Shown piece after piece: positions 14,459-23,617 of a stretch of 64,000 nucleotides of DNA. Positions within the stretch are counted from its first letter, which is position 1, and each line of letters opens with the position of its first letter. The notes under the pieces are model-generated. The model made no database searches and was not told where the DNA came from. It saw only the letters and a list, made by a program, of their open reading frames with translations. The position numbers and the translations under genes were made by a program. Source of the stretch: Candidatus Omnitrophota bacterium (GTDB lineage: Bacteria; Omnitrophota; Gorgyraeia; Zapsychrales; Fredricksoniimonadaceae); assembly GCA_013285735.1 (NCBI GenBank), contig JABDGZ010000004.1, positions 999-64,998 on the forward strand, in the 5' to 3' direction.

Positions 14459-17023
14459 TTACTTTATTATTCCTAACAGCGCCGGGACATTCTGAGTTGT
14501 TACAGGTTTAATACTGCGGATGATTGAGGTTAATCCATTCAAATTCATCATGGCACGGTCCTGATATTGAGCCGCAAGAGGCATGCCCATACCATCAACC
14601 TTGATATTCATCGTCAAATTTTCATCGCTCAAGTTGATACCACCAAGATCTGCCTCATGATGAGCCACAGCCGTCGCAGCCCTGTCCCTAGGGCTTGAAA
14701 AAGCATCTGTGGCAGCCAATATCAAATCATTTAAATCACGAATTCTTTTTTCAAGATCTCTAATCTTATACTTTGACTCCTTCCAAGCAATCGCCGTATT
14801 GACATCTTCTAATGCTTTTTCAACATTCTTTTGATCTTGACGAATATCACTAGCACTCCTTGCGCTACTAAAGAACGCTCCTAAATTCTTCACGAAATTC
14901 ATATTCTTTGATTCACTTTCAAGCGCCTCTTGTCTTCTTTTTAATGACATCCTCTCTAACTCTAAATTTTTCTCAATATCAAGATTTCTTATGTTTGCTT
15001 TATAGCCTGCTTTATAATTATTCTTGAACATTTGTCTTCCGGTAGCATCTATTTTTACCTCCATTCTTCTATTCAGTTCTTTCTGAGCATCTAAATCCCT
15101 TTCTGCATCTAGTAGACTTGCATTCAACATATCAACCGCCCCCGTTGTAGCCGCAGCTGATGGTGGGGTAGGAGTTGAAGTAGGCGCAGCTGGAGGCGCA
15201 TCGGGAATCTTAGCTAATAATTCATCCACTTCGCTCTGAAAATGAAGGATTGATATTCCAAGCTGATCAATCTCTTCGTGAGCTATAACCTCTAGTGTTT
15301 GTAAAACCCTTTCACTCGCCTCAATCTGCCTGTTGCTCTCGTCTAGCAGGGTTTCAATATTTGCTAAATTCTTTTTCATCTGCTTTCGAGTCTTTACTCT
15401 TATAAAAAGCCCGGTTAATTCATCAAAATTAAAAGGAAAACCTTGACCCCATAACGAGATACCCATCGCATCAACATAAGATCTTCTTTCGTCTTCATCC
15501 GCTTTTCTTTTAGCTTTCAAATAATCAATTCTTTTAGCTTGGTCCTTTATCCTCTCTAACCTATCGTTTACTTTATAAATACCCACCTGAAAATCACTGA
15601 TTCGACCGGTAAGATTTTGAAATTGGCCTTTCAAAATACCATCCATATCATGACCCTGCGCTTCTCCCAGCCTTTCCTTCGCAGCTTTAAATGTTTCTTG
15701 GGCCTTTAAAAATTTTATGTCTACAGACTCGCCCGTGCCTTCCCGAGCTTCTGCCACTGCCGCGACATCAACCTTACCTGCTGCAGCAACTGCCCTCCCG
15801 CCCAAAACCTGCGCATCGGTAAGGTGAGCAAAGGCCGTATGACTGGCAAAAACCGTCAATAAAACAGTCGCTAATGCAAATCTATGCATATTATTTCTCA
15901 TATTTCCCAAAAAAACAGCCACTCTTGCCTTGAAAGGACTTGTATTAATCTGCTCTTCAACCACCTGTTTCATCCCACCTGAAAAATATTTCCTTGGTAT
16001 TGTTTGGCCATCGGGAATGGCATCTTCTTTAATATAATTGAACACACCTTTCTTGTACGCCCTTAAATATTGCTTATATATTTTTTCCATCGCTTGCGGG
16101 TCGCTAAGCTTCTGCCCCGCGATCCGGGACCTATTGGCGAAAACTTGCCCTAAAAGACTTTGTTTAAGTGTCTTTTTAAACCATGTTGCCATGATCTCAG
16201 CGTTATACACTTGACGGACCGCAGCAAAACTCTTGCCCTCATTAACTTCCTTTTCAATAGCAGGAATAATAATTTCACGGACAATTGCTAAAGCCATCTG
16301 GGTCTTGGCATCTTTACTGGTATCCGGGATAGTTGAAATATTACCGAATTGTTCTTTATTTTTATCAATGGCCATATAATCCTGCTCAAGCATGACCTTC
16401 AGATGACTGTCTACCAAAAATGCTGTGTCACCTTTTTGATAAATATCCGCTTTATCAGCAACGATCCATACTTTGTTAAAAGTATTAACGCTGATATTGG
16501 TAGTGCCAAAACGGGCTTGGGCCTGTTGGTAAACCTCACTCCAAAACTTCTTGCCTAATCCGCTTTCCGGATAAATTAAAGATGCTGTGAATTGTTTGAG
16601 GATATAATCTTGAGCCAAAAGATCACGGCCCATTTCAGTTTGTCCAAAAACTTTAGGAATGATACGCTTGGACTCATAAGGAGAAAGATTCACCCACATA
16701 TCCGAATTCGGCATGGTAAGTGCAACCAAAAAATATTTAATAATTTTATTAAATTCTTCTTTTTCAACGCTATCCGACATAGGGGTTTCGCCACGATCCA
16801 TAATGAAGTCAAAATTAAACGGATCTTTGAGATTGATCTTAAGCCCTACCATCTGTGGTGGTTCAAAATGACGGGTAATATGAATCATCTGGCCCGGAGC
16901 TGGCATGACAATGCTCACCTGAGCATAACTGGGCTGGGCTGGAAGCAAACCAATGAATGCGACCAAAACGACAGAGACAATAAAACGAAATAATGAGGTC
17001 TTTTTAAATGTAATAGTACTCAT
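14459..17023 (-). CDS. large protein of unknown function, 854 aa. It has a signal peptide, a roughly 370-aa N-domain paralogous to the 49263..52474 protein, an internal signal-peptide-like hydrophobic segment, a coiled-coil-rich region and the shared C-terminal module.
   Basis: N-terminus MSTITFKKTSLFRFIVSVVLVAFIGLLPAQPSYAQ. The N-domain aligns with the other paralog (VNLSPYE..RIIP..FG.TEMGRDLLA.DY.LKQ.TASLIYPE; IPRKYFSGG). The C-terminus GGINLSDENLTMNIKV...IIRSIKPVTTQNVPALLGIIK matches the family module. Confidence 0.7.
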   Translation of the reverse strand: MSTITFKKTSLFRFIVSVVLVAFIGLLPAQPSYAQVSIVMPAPGQMIHITRHFEPPQMVGLKINLKDPFNFDFIMDRGETPMSDSVEKEEFNKIIKYFLVALTMPNSDMWVNLSPYESKRIIPKVFGQTEMGRDLLAQDYILKQFTASLIYPESGLGKKFWSEVYQQAQARFGTTNISVNTFNKVWIVADKADIYQKGDTAFLVDSHLKVMLEQDYMAIDKNKEQFGNISTIPDTSKDAKTQMALAIVREIIIPAIEKEVNEGKSFAAVRQVYNAEIMATWFKKTLKQSLLGQVFANRSRIAGQKLSDPQAMEKIYKQYLRAYKKGVFNYIKEDAIPDGQTIPRKYFSGGMKQVVEEQINTSPFKARVAVFLGNMRNNMHRFALATVLLTVFASHTAFAHLTDAQVLGGRAVAAAGKVDVAAVAEAREGTGESVDIKFLKAQETFKAAKERLGEAQGHDMDGILKGQFQNLTGRISDFQVGIYKVNDRLERIKDQAKRIDYLKAKRKADEDERRSYVDAMGISLWGQGFPFNFDELTGLFIRVKTRKQMKKNLANIETLLDESNRQIEASERVLQTLEVIAHEEIDQLGISILHFQSEVDELLAKIPDAPPAAPTSTPTPPSAAATTGAVDMLNASLLDAERDLDAQKELNRRMEVKIDATGRQMFKNNYKAGYKANIRNLDIEKNLELERMSLKRRQEALESESKNMNFVKNLGAFFSSARSASDIRQDQKNVEKALEDVNTAIAWKESKYKIRDLEKRIRDLNDLILAATDAFSSPRDRAATAVAHHEADLGGINLSDENLTMNIKVDGMGMPLAAQYQDRAMMNLNGLTSIIRSIKPVTTQNVPALLGIIK

Positions 17024-17117
17024 TTTTGCTCTTAATATTATTAATAAAGTATTTAGGCAAAGTATAACATCTATTGTATAAGAATGCCAAAAAGTTAATG
17101 TTGGGATGTCTGCGAAA

Positions 17118-17972
17118 TTACTGCGGGATGCGCTTGCCTATTTTTGATAAAATTTGACTGTAGTTGCACTCGCTGGATATAAGATAGTATTCTTTCATAT
17201 GCCAGCTAACAGGTTCACGATTAAATAGATCAACTTCAACAGTATCTAAAACCTTACCATCTGAAATCCGGCGAAGATCAATCCCTGCCTTACGGATAAT
17301 AGGCCAGCTTCCGGCAAAATCCCATAAATGGCAGCGCAAAAAACAACCAATCCCCCGGCCAATGGTTGGCCAACAGAGATTAACCACTGCGCAAGCATGG
17401 ATCATGATATGAAAATCTCTATCATTCCAAAAAAACTTATCAAAAAATGTGTCATTGCAAAAGAATATGGATTGGGCAGACAATTCTTCATCTAAAGGAA
17501 CGATCTTAGTTTTAATTTCTTTAGGGCCAAAAGCATCTTGGACAAAATAGGCTTCAGTACCATCGCAATAAAAAAGTTCATTGAGCATAGGAAAATACAC
17601 AACGCCCAGCCACGGCTTTAAATCCTTAATTAACCCGATAGAAACGCCAAATAAAGGCATGTGATTAGCATACAGACGTGTCCCATCAATAGGGTCCACG
17701 GCCCAGATAAATGAAGTCTTATCAAGGCGCTTTTGCTCCAAGTATTCAGCAATACCTGGATCTTCCTCATCGATAAGAATATGCCCGGGGTCTTGCAAAA
17801 AATCACTGAGCCGCTCGCGGGCTAACTTTGAAATGGCCTTGTCAGCCAAGGTTATAATGGTGTGATCTTGCTTTAACCCTGGCTCGCTTTTACCCATCAA
17901 ATTCAAAGCAATGCCGCCTGCCTCGCGAGCCAAGAATAACATGCGTTCTAAATAAATATCGGAAGAAATCAT
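17118..17972 (-). CDS. inositol monophosphatase family protein (IMPase/CysQ-like)
   Basis: WAVDPIDGT motif. 284 aa. Confidence 0.75.
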   Translation of the reverse strand: MISSDIYLERMLFLAREAGGIALNLMGKSEPGLKQDHTIITLADKAISKLARERLSDFLQDPGHILIDEEDPGIAEYLEQKRLDKTSFIWAVDPIDGTRLYANHMPLFGVSIGLIKDLKPWLGVVYFPMLNELFYCDGTEAYFVQDAFGPKEIKTKIVPLDEELSAQSIFFCNDTFFDKFFWNDRDFHIMIHACAVVNLCWPTIGRGIGCFLRCHLWDFAGSWPIIRKAGIDLRRISDGKVLDTVEVDLFNREPVSWHMKEYYLISSECNYSQILSKIGKRIPQ

Positions 17973-19135
17973 GATGTTGGGTAAAATAAGGCCATGCTGT
18001 TGGTAAACCCGTGCAGAAAATTAATGCCCCCTACCGGGCCGATTTCCCCTGCACAAAAAAATCCCGCTGCCGGCACAGGGCCCAGGTGATGCTGGATGAT
18101 CTTGATATCATGGTCACGCTCTTTAAATAAATTAACACCGCGCCCATTGCATGAAAAAACAAAAGCCCCATGAGCAGCAACAGCTTGCTTTTTAGTTTTA
18201 TATTGTTTTAATAATTCATGCAAATCTTCTTGTGCTGTCTTGGCATCACGCACATGAAATTGGATGGTCTGCCCCACGTGCATATGATCCCCTACCGCAC
18301 CAGCACCGCTTTGAGGTTCAACCCCCATCACGCCGCGGATTAAAAAATCACCCCGTTTAAATTTATCTTTGTATTCATCCATGGCGATACCAATAAAAAT
18401 AGCTTCGTGGGCTAAATGACGATCATAGTCCGTGCCTTTATTCAATACTTCTTCTAAAACTTTATAAAAAGGCCGTCCGGCTAATTCATAAATAATGTTG
18501 CGTTCAGCGCGAGTCACAATGAATGTTTCTCCAATGGGCCGGCATCCTTGAGATACTACGGTTTCCACCCTCAGATTACCTGTAAGGCAAACACCGACAA
18601 GACCTTCCCGCATCACTTCCCCATCCAACATTAATATGTTTTCTCCAGGTTCGGAAGCTGCAGAAGCTAAACCTCCCACGATAGGCATTCCGGGGTACGC
18701 TTGATTTAAACCTGCCAAAAAAGCATTGCCATCAAATGCAAAAGGATCAGCAAATACGACAAAGTTAGGTTTTTCGTTCGGATATACTTCAAAAAAATTA
18801 TACCAATCCTCCTTGTTCTTTATGGCTTCCAACACAGGCTGAGTTAATGCAAAGGGTGTAATTTTTACCTGCGGCAGGCGCATCAGCATCAAAGATGCCG
18901 ACGGACGACCTTCAATCTCGCGCTCAGCACCGATGATACCGGCACAGGTACAGCAGATCAAATGACGCATCTTCCCCTGGGCCTTCAAGGCATGAAATAA
19001 TTCCAACGGGTCATAGGGCGGCCAGGGACAAACATATAAAATCCCTAAGTCAAAATCACCCTCAATTCCCATTAACAACTCGGAAATGATTTGAGGCACA
19101 TTATTTGCTTCAGTGATGCGATTGGTGAATTCCAT
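17969..19135 (-). CDS. conserved hypothetical protein, possibly a FIST-type sensor domain
   Basis: 388-aa soluble protein. The family assignment is uncertain. Confidence 0.35.
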   Translation of the reverse strand: MEFTNRITEANNVPQIISELLMGIEGDFDLGILYVCPWPPYDPLELFHALKAQGKMRHLICCTCAGIIGAEREIEGRPSASLMLMRLPQVKITPFALTQPVLEAIKNKEDWYNFFEVYPNEKPNFVVFADPFAFDGNAFLAGLNQAYPGMPIVGGLASAASEPGENILMLDGEVMREGLVGVCLTGNLRVETVVSQGCRPIGETFIVTRAERNIIYELAGRPFYKVLEEVLNKGTDYDRHLAHEAIFIGIAMDEYKDKFKRGDFLIRGVMGVEPQSGAGAVGDHMHVGQTIQFHVRDAKTAQEDLHELLKQYKTKKQAVAAHGAFVFSCNGRGVNLFKERDHDIKIIQHHLGPVPAAGFFCAGEIGPVGGINFLHGFTNSMALFYPTS

Positions 19136-19181
19136 AAGTCCATTATAAAATGTTGAGGAACAATTGCAATAAGGGTGGTAG

Positions 19182-19613
19182 TTATTTTGCAGAAGATCGA
19201 ATCATGAGAATGGGGATGTCGGTGTGGTGACGCAATTTGTCTGCTACCGACCCTAAAATCATATCTTCTATAAACTGATGCCCATGGGTGGCCATGGCAA
19301 TAAGATCACATCCTTCATCTTGAGCAACGGCTAAAATACCGTCTACAGGCTCTTTACCTTGCACTAAAATCGCTTGAACCTTAAAACCGTCCTTTTTCAA
19401 GCTGGCACCTACTTGGTCTAAATATGCTTGATCATTTTTAATTTCTTCAGAATCAGCCAAATTTAGCTGGTCTTGCAACTGTGCGGCAAAACCATCTGCC
19501 ACATGAACCAGGACCAACTTGGCATGAGTCAATGTGGCCAGTTTACGGATATGCAGCAGGATCGTTTCATCCGTCGCTGAATTATCCAAAGGGATGATTA
19601 TTTTTTTATACAC
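19182..19613 (-). CDS. universal stress protein UspA family
   Basis: 143 aa with C-terminal DLIAMATHGH...GSVADKLRHHTDIPILMIR (ATP-binding Usp motif). Confidence 0.8.
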   Translation of the reverse strand: MYKKIIIPLDNSATDETILLHIRKLATLTHAKLVLVHVADGFAAQLQDQLNLADSEEIKNDQAYLDQVGASLKKDGFKVQAILVQGKEPVDGILAVAQDEGCDLIAMATHGHQFIEDMILGSVADKLRHHTDIPILMIRSSAK

Positions 19614-20180
19614 TTAATTCTTCCACTTGATAGAACACCCCATGGAAGGGGTTTGCTTAGCAGCAATCGGACGACCAGCAGCCATATTGTTCATGGCTTC
19701 TTTTAATTCTTCACGGGTGACCGCCTCTTCGTCTTTCCAATTATCATCAATGCGTCCGTGATAGACGAGAGTTTTATTTTTATCAAACAAATAAATATCT
19801 GGTGTGCATTGGGCCCGAAAGCTATCTGCGACCTGCTGTGTTTCGTCAACAAGGTATGGAAAATCAATACCTAACTCCTTGATCTTCAGGATCATTTTAT
19901 CAGGAGCATCATCGGGAAAATCAGGATTGATATTAGGATTAATGGCAACACTGTTAACCCTCATCCCACGGCCATACTGGGCCAAACGAATAACTCTGGA
20001 CCAGACAGCCAAGGCATAGGGGCAGTGATTGCAGGTGAAGACCACCAATAAACCACGCTCGCCAAAAAGCCCCGCAGATGTATAAGATTTACCGAACGCG
20101 TCTTTTAATTCAAAATCCGGTATGATGGTGCCTAAAGGGATTTTGATAGATTCTAATAGAGCCATTTGATTAACCTCCAA
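19614..20180 (-). CDS. thioredoxin-fold (redoxin/AhpC-TSA-like) thiol-disulfide oxidoreductase
   Basis: FTCNHCPY CxxC active site. 188 aa. Confidence 0.65.
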   Translation of the reverse strand: MEVNQMALLESIKIPLGTIIPDFELKDAFGKSYTSAGLFGERGLLVVFTCNHCPYALAVWSRVIRLAQYGRGMRVNSVAINPNINPDFPDDAPDKMILKIKELGIDFPYLVDETQQVADSFRAQCTPDIYLFDKNKTLVYHGRIDDNWKDEEAVTREELKEAMNNMAAGRPIAAKQTPSMGCSIKWKN

Positions 20181-20248
20181 TTTTCATATAAACTAATCTG
20201 TCATTGCGAGGAGCCATGACATTAACCATTATAAGTTCGAGGTACTTT

Positions 20249-20890
20249 ATGTCAAGATTACTGATTCAGCAATATGAAATAGGCCCCCTCAATAATTTTC
20301 TTTATCTTTTAGGTGACCCTGAAACAAAGGAAATGGCCATCGTTGACCCTGCCTGGGATGTGGATTTTCTCTGCAAGGAGGCCAAACGCCTAGGTTACAA
20401 AATCACCAAGATTTTCCTAACACATGCTCACCCTGATCACGTCAACGGCCTTGATAAACTTTTATCCATACATCAAGTGCCCGTCTATATTTCAAAATAT
20501 GAATATTTAGCCCTACGGCCACGCGTGACAGGTCTTGTAGATGTTACAGAGAAAGATAAACTATCGGTCGGAAAAATCAGCTTCGATATCCTGCACACGC
20601 CGGGCCATACCCCAGGCTGTCAATGCTTCCTCGCCCAAGGGCAACTCATTAGCGGGGATACTCTTTTTATCGATGGATGCGGAAGATGCGATCTGCCAGG
20701 CAGTAATCCTACAGAGATGTACAACAGTTTATACAACATCGTCATGAAACTGCCTGATGAAACGATTGTTTATCCAGGACATAATTACGGCGAAACTACC
20801 ACCGACACCATAGGCCATCAGAAACAAACCAACCCTTATTTGCAATGTAATAATCTTAATGAATTCCTGGTTGAGCGGATGGGACTATAA
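20249..20890 (+). CDS. MBL-fold metallo-hydrolase (glyoxalase II / hydroxyacylglutathione hydrolase-like)
   Basis: THAHPDHVNG (HxHxDH) motif. A GAGG RBS lies 9 nt before the ATG at 20249, which I prefer over the 20204 start in the ORF track. Confidence 0.75.
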   Translation: MSRLLIQQYEIGPLNNFLYLLGDPETKEMAIVDPAWDVDFLCKEAKRLGYKITKIFLTHAHPDHVNGLDKLLSIHQVPVYISKYEYLALRPRVTGLVDVTEKDKLSVGKISFDILHTPGHTPGCQCFLAQGQLISGDTLFIDGCGRCDLPGSNPTEMYNSLYNIVMKLPDETIVYPGHNYGETTTDTIGHQKQTNPYLQCNNLNEFLVERMGL

Positions 20891-21451
20891 TTAATCCTGC
20901 AGTTGAAGCGAGCGGATCATTTCGTTAACATACAAACCATCCTCGGAGTATTTATTCATGTCTCCCAAAAAGGTCAGGATATAGACTTGAGTGCTGCGTA
21001 GTACCCAGGCATTGACCATTTTTAAATGGTCAGGCTTGGGCGCGTCTATGGCCATCTTATGGCCTTCACGCCAACCCCAGTGAAGATCTTTGTCCTCGAC
21101 AATTTTGATACTTTTTCCGAATACTGCTGTCATTTGCTTTTTAACGATGGTCGTGTACTGGGCCAAATTGAAAATACTGCCTGGCACCGGCTGAACAGTC
21201 ACGTTAAAATTTTCCTGCAACACATCAAAAGCTGTATCTTTGGGACGCATGAATACCACGGCCACATCTGCCCGTGGATGAATGATCACCTTCCAGGTCT
21301 TAGGATATTTGATGGAGAATTTATACTGGTCATCTTGGTAGACATTAAACTGAAAAATAAAATACACATAAAATCCCAACGCAGCTAAAAGAAGAAAGCC
21401 AGCTGTTGAGGCAATGCCGATAAGTATGTTCTTTTTGAAAGAAGCTTTCAT
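20891..21451 (-). CDS. hypothetical membrane-anchored protein
   Basis: N-terminal TM helix IGIASTAGFLLLAALGFYVYFIF. 186 aa. Confidence 0.45.
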   Translation of the reverse strand: MKASFKKNILIGIASTAGFLLLAALGFYVYFIFQFNVYQDDQYKFSIKYPKTWKVIIHPRADVAVVFMRPKDTAFDVLQENFNVTVQPVPGSIFNLAQYTTIVKKQMTAVFGKSIKIVEDKDLHWGWREGHKMAIDAPKPDHLKMVNAWVLRSTQVYILTFLGDMNKYSEDGLYVNEMIRSLQLQD

Positions 21452-21458
21452 TATATAA

Positions 21459-21483
21459 AGATTCCGGCTTACGCCGGAATGAC
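21459..21483. repeat. REP-like palindromic element, variant copy (GATTCCGGCTTACGCCGGAATGACA)
   Basis: ATTCCGGC/GCCGGAAT stem with the same flanks (GATTCC...GGAATGACA) as the main family. It lies immediately 5' of the fadB-like stop. Confidence 0.7.
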
Positions 21484-21487
21484 ATTA

Positions 21488-23602
21488 CTAATTATAGAAT
21501 TTCCTACCCTGATTTTTCAAATCCAAAATATACGCACATGGTTTAAAACGGCCATCTTTGAAACGTGCTTCCAATTTTTCCATTGCTTCCACTAACTTGT
21601 CTATACCCATCGAATCGGCATAACGTAAAAGACCACCCCTAAACGGCGGGAAGCCTGTCCCCATGATCATACCGATATCCACGGCATCAGGCCCATCAAC
21701 CACTTTCTCCTGTAAAATCATAGCAGCCTCATTGATCATGACAAACATCATCCGTTCGATCGATTCCTCTTCTGAGACACCGGCACCTGTTTTCACGAGG
21801 GCCTGTACTTCAGGATTGACCACGCGTTCTTTACCATGGATATAAAATCCTTTTCCGGATTTCTTACCAAGAAGTTTCTTAGGAAGCACCTCGTCAAATA
21901 TTCTTGACGGCTTAAAACGCGGGCCTAAGCCCGTCTCCAAAATATGAAGCACCTTGACCCCTACATCCAAACCAACCTCGTCGGATAAGGTAAAAGGCCC
22001 CATGGGCATGCCAAAGTTGGTAGCAAAACGGTCAATGCTTGTGATAGAGCCGCCTTCATCTAAAAGACGTCCTGCCTCATTGATATACCCTAATAAAATA
22101 CGATTAACTAAAAAGCCAGGCGCATCTTTGACAATCACCGGCGTCTTACCGAGTTTCTTGGCAAAATCTAAAGTTGTGACCAGGGTTTGCTGTGAGGTGT
22201 ATTCTGTCGTGATAATTTCAATCAATGGCATGCGGTGTACTGGATTAAAAAAGTGAAAACCAATCACCCTCGAGGGATCTTTAGAAACACGTGCCATCTC
22301 TGTCACTGATAACGATGAGGTATTCGATGCCAAAATAGCCTTATCAGATAACACATTGCTGACTTCTGCAAAAACCTTTTTCTTAACATCCATATTCTCA
22401 ACAACAGCCTCAATGGCAATATCAACGCTCGCAAAACCGCTATAATCTACTGTCCCTGAAATCATCGCCATTTTGGCAGCCACATCATAGGGCTTTGCTT
22501 TCTTTCTTTTCATGGCCTGCGCGTAAACATCGTAAGCAGCCTTAAGACCCTTGGCAATAGCGTCTTGATTGATATCTTTAAGCCGCGCCCAAACGCCGCG
22601 ATCACTAAATAACTGGGCAATCCCTCCACCCATAATTCCAGCCCCAATAACCGCACCCTTGGCAATGGGCATGGGCTTGACATTTTCAGCACCGGGAACA
22701 GTCAATTTCTTATATTTCTCTGTTAAATAAAATAAACTCACCAGATTTTTAGATATCGACGTGATAGCAAGGTCCGCAAACGCGCTGGATTCAATATCTA
22801 AGGCATGTTCACGAGGCAAATACAGGGTCTTTCTGATCACCTCTACTGCTTTGAGCGGAGCTGGATAAAAACCTTTGGTAGCTTTTTGGATAGACTTGAT
22901 TGTTTCTTTATAAACCACCATCTGCCCCAGAGGATTTTTTTCTAAAAACGCAGGGAGACCTTTTAAGGCCACTAGTTTGAAAATACGTTTATTCGGTTGA
23001 GAGGCAATTTCCTCGACAAACTCAGCCACACGTTCTGATAAGCCAACCGTTGGGTAAAGCCTGTCAGCCAAGCCGCATTTAAACGCAGCTGAAGAATTAA
23101 TAGGACTCGCAGAAACAATCATTTTTAATGCCTGTTGAAGCCCAACCAGACGCGGTAAACGATAGGTGCCGCCAAATCCCGGCACAAAACCTAAATTAAC
23201 TTCGGGAAGACCAATGCGGATACGATCATTGAAAGTCATAACCCTATATCGGCAAGCCAAAGCTAACTCACATCCGCCTCCTAATGCCACCCCATCAATC
23301 ACAGCTACCGTCGGATACGGCAAGTCTTCTATCTTATCCATGACCCGCTGACCAGCCTGGGCTTTTGATTTACCATCAGCATGTTCAGTGATATTTTCAA
23401 TTTCCTTGATATCAGCACCAGCAATAAAAATATCCTTCTTGGCGCTTTGGATGATTAAAACTTTAAGGCTTTTATTTTTTAGATCATCAAGCATTTTATC
23501 CAAAGTCAAAAGTGTAGCAGAATTTAAAACATTGACCTTGGAATCCGGCTGATCAAAGGTGATCGTACCAATATTATTTTCTTCTTTATAAAAAACGGAC
23601 AT
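21488..23602 (-). CDS. fadB: fatty-acid oxidation complex alpha subunit (enoyl-CoA hydratase / 3-hydroxyacyl-CoA dehydrogenase)
   Basis: 704 aa with an N-terminal crotonase fold and a C-terminal NAD-binding GAGIMGGGIA Rossmann motif. It is followed by the thiolase gene. Confidence 0.85.
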   Translation of the reverse strand: MSVFYKEENNIGTITFDQPDSKVNVLNSATLLTLDKMLDDLKNKSLKVLIIQSAKKDIFIAGADIKEIENITEHADGKSKAQAGQRVMDKIEDLPYPTVAVIDGVALGGGCELALACRYRVMTFNDRIRIGLPEVNLGFVPGFGGTYRLPRLVGLQQALKMIVSASPINSSAAFKCGLADRLYPTVGLSERVAEFVEEIASQPNKRIFKLVALKGLPAFLEKNPLGQMVVYKETIKSIQKATKGFYPAPLKAVEVIRKTLYLPREHALDIESSAFADLAITSISKNLVSLFYLTEKYKKLTVPGAENVKPMPIAKGAVIGAGIMGGGIAQLFSDRGVWARLKDINQDAIAKGLKAAYDVYAQAMKRKKAKPYDVAAKMAMISGTVDYSGFASVDIAIEAVVENMDVKKKVFAEVSNVLSDKAILASNTSSLSVTEMARVSKDPSRVIGFHFFNPVHRMPLIEIITTEYTSQQTLVTTLDFAKKLGKTPVIVKDAPGFLVNRILLGYINEAGRLLDEGGSITSIDRFATNFGMPMGPFTLSDEVGLDVGVKVLHILETGLGPRFKPSRIFDEVLPKKLLGKKSGKGFYIHGKERVVNPEVQALVKTGAGVSEEESIERMMFVMINEAAMILQEKVVDGPDAVDIGMIMGTGFPPFRGGLLRYADSMGIDKLVEAMEKLEARFKDGRFKPCAYILDLKNQGRKFYN

Positions 23603-23617
23603 AAATTATCTCCTGTT

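Noticed and set aside
16592-16993. 133-aa + ORF, along with other short + ORFs inside 14459..17023
   Set aside because: They sit inside and antisense to the well-supported 854-aa gene. The AT-rich sequence generates long shadow ORFs.
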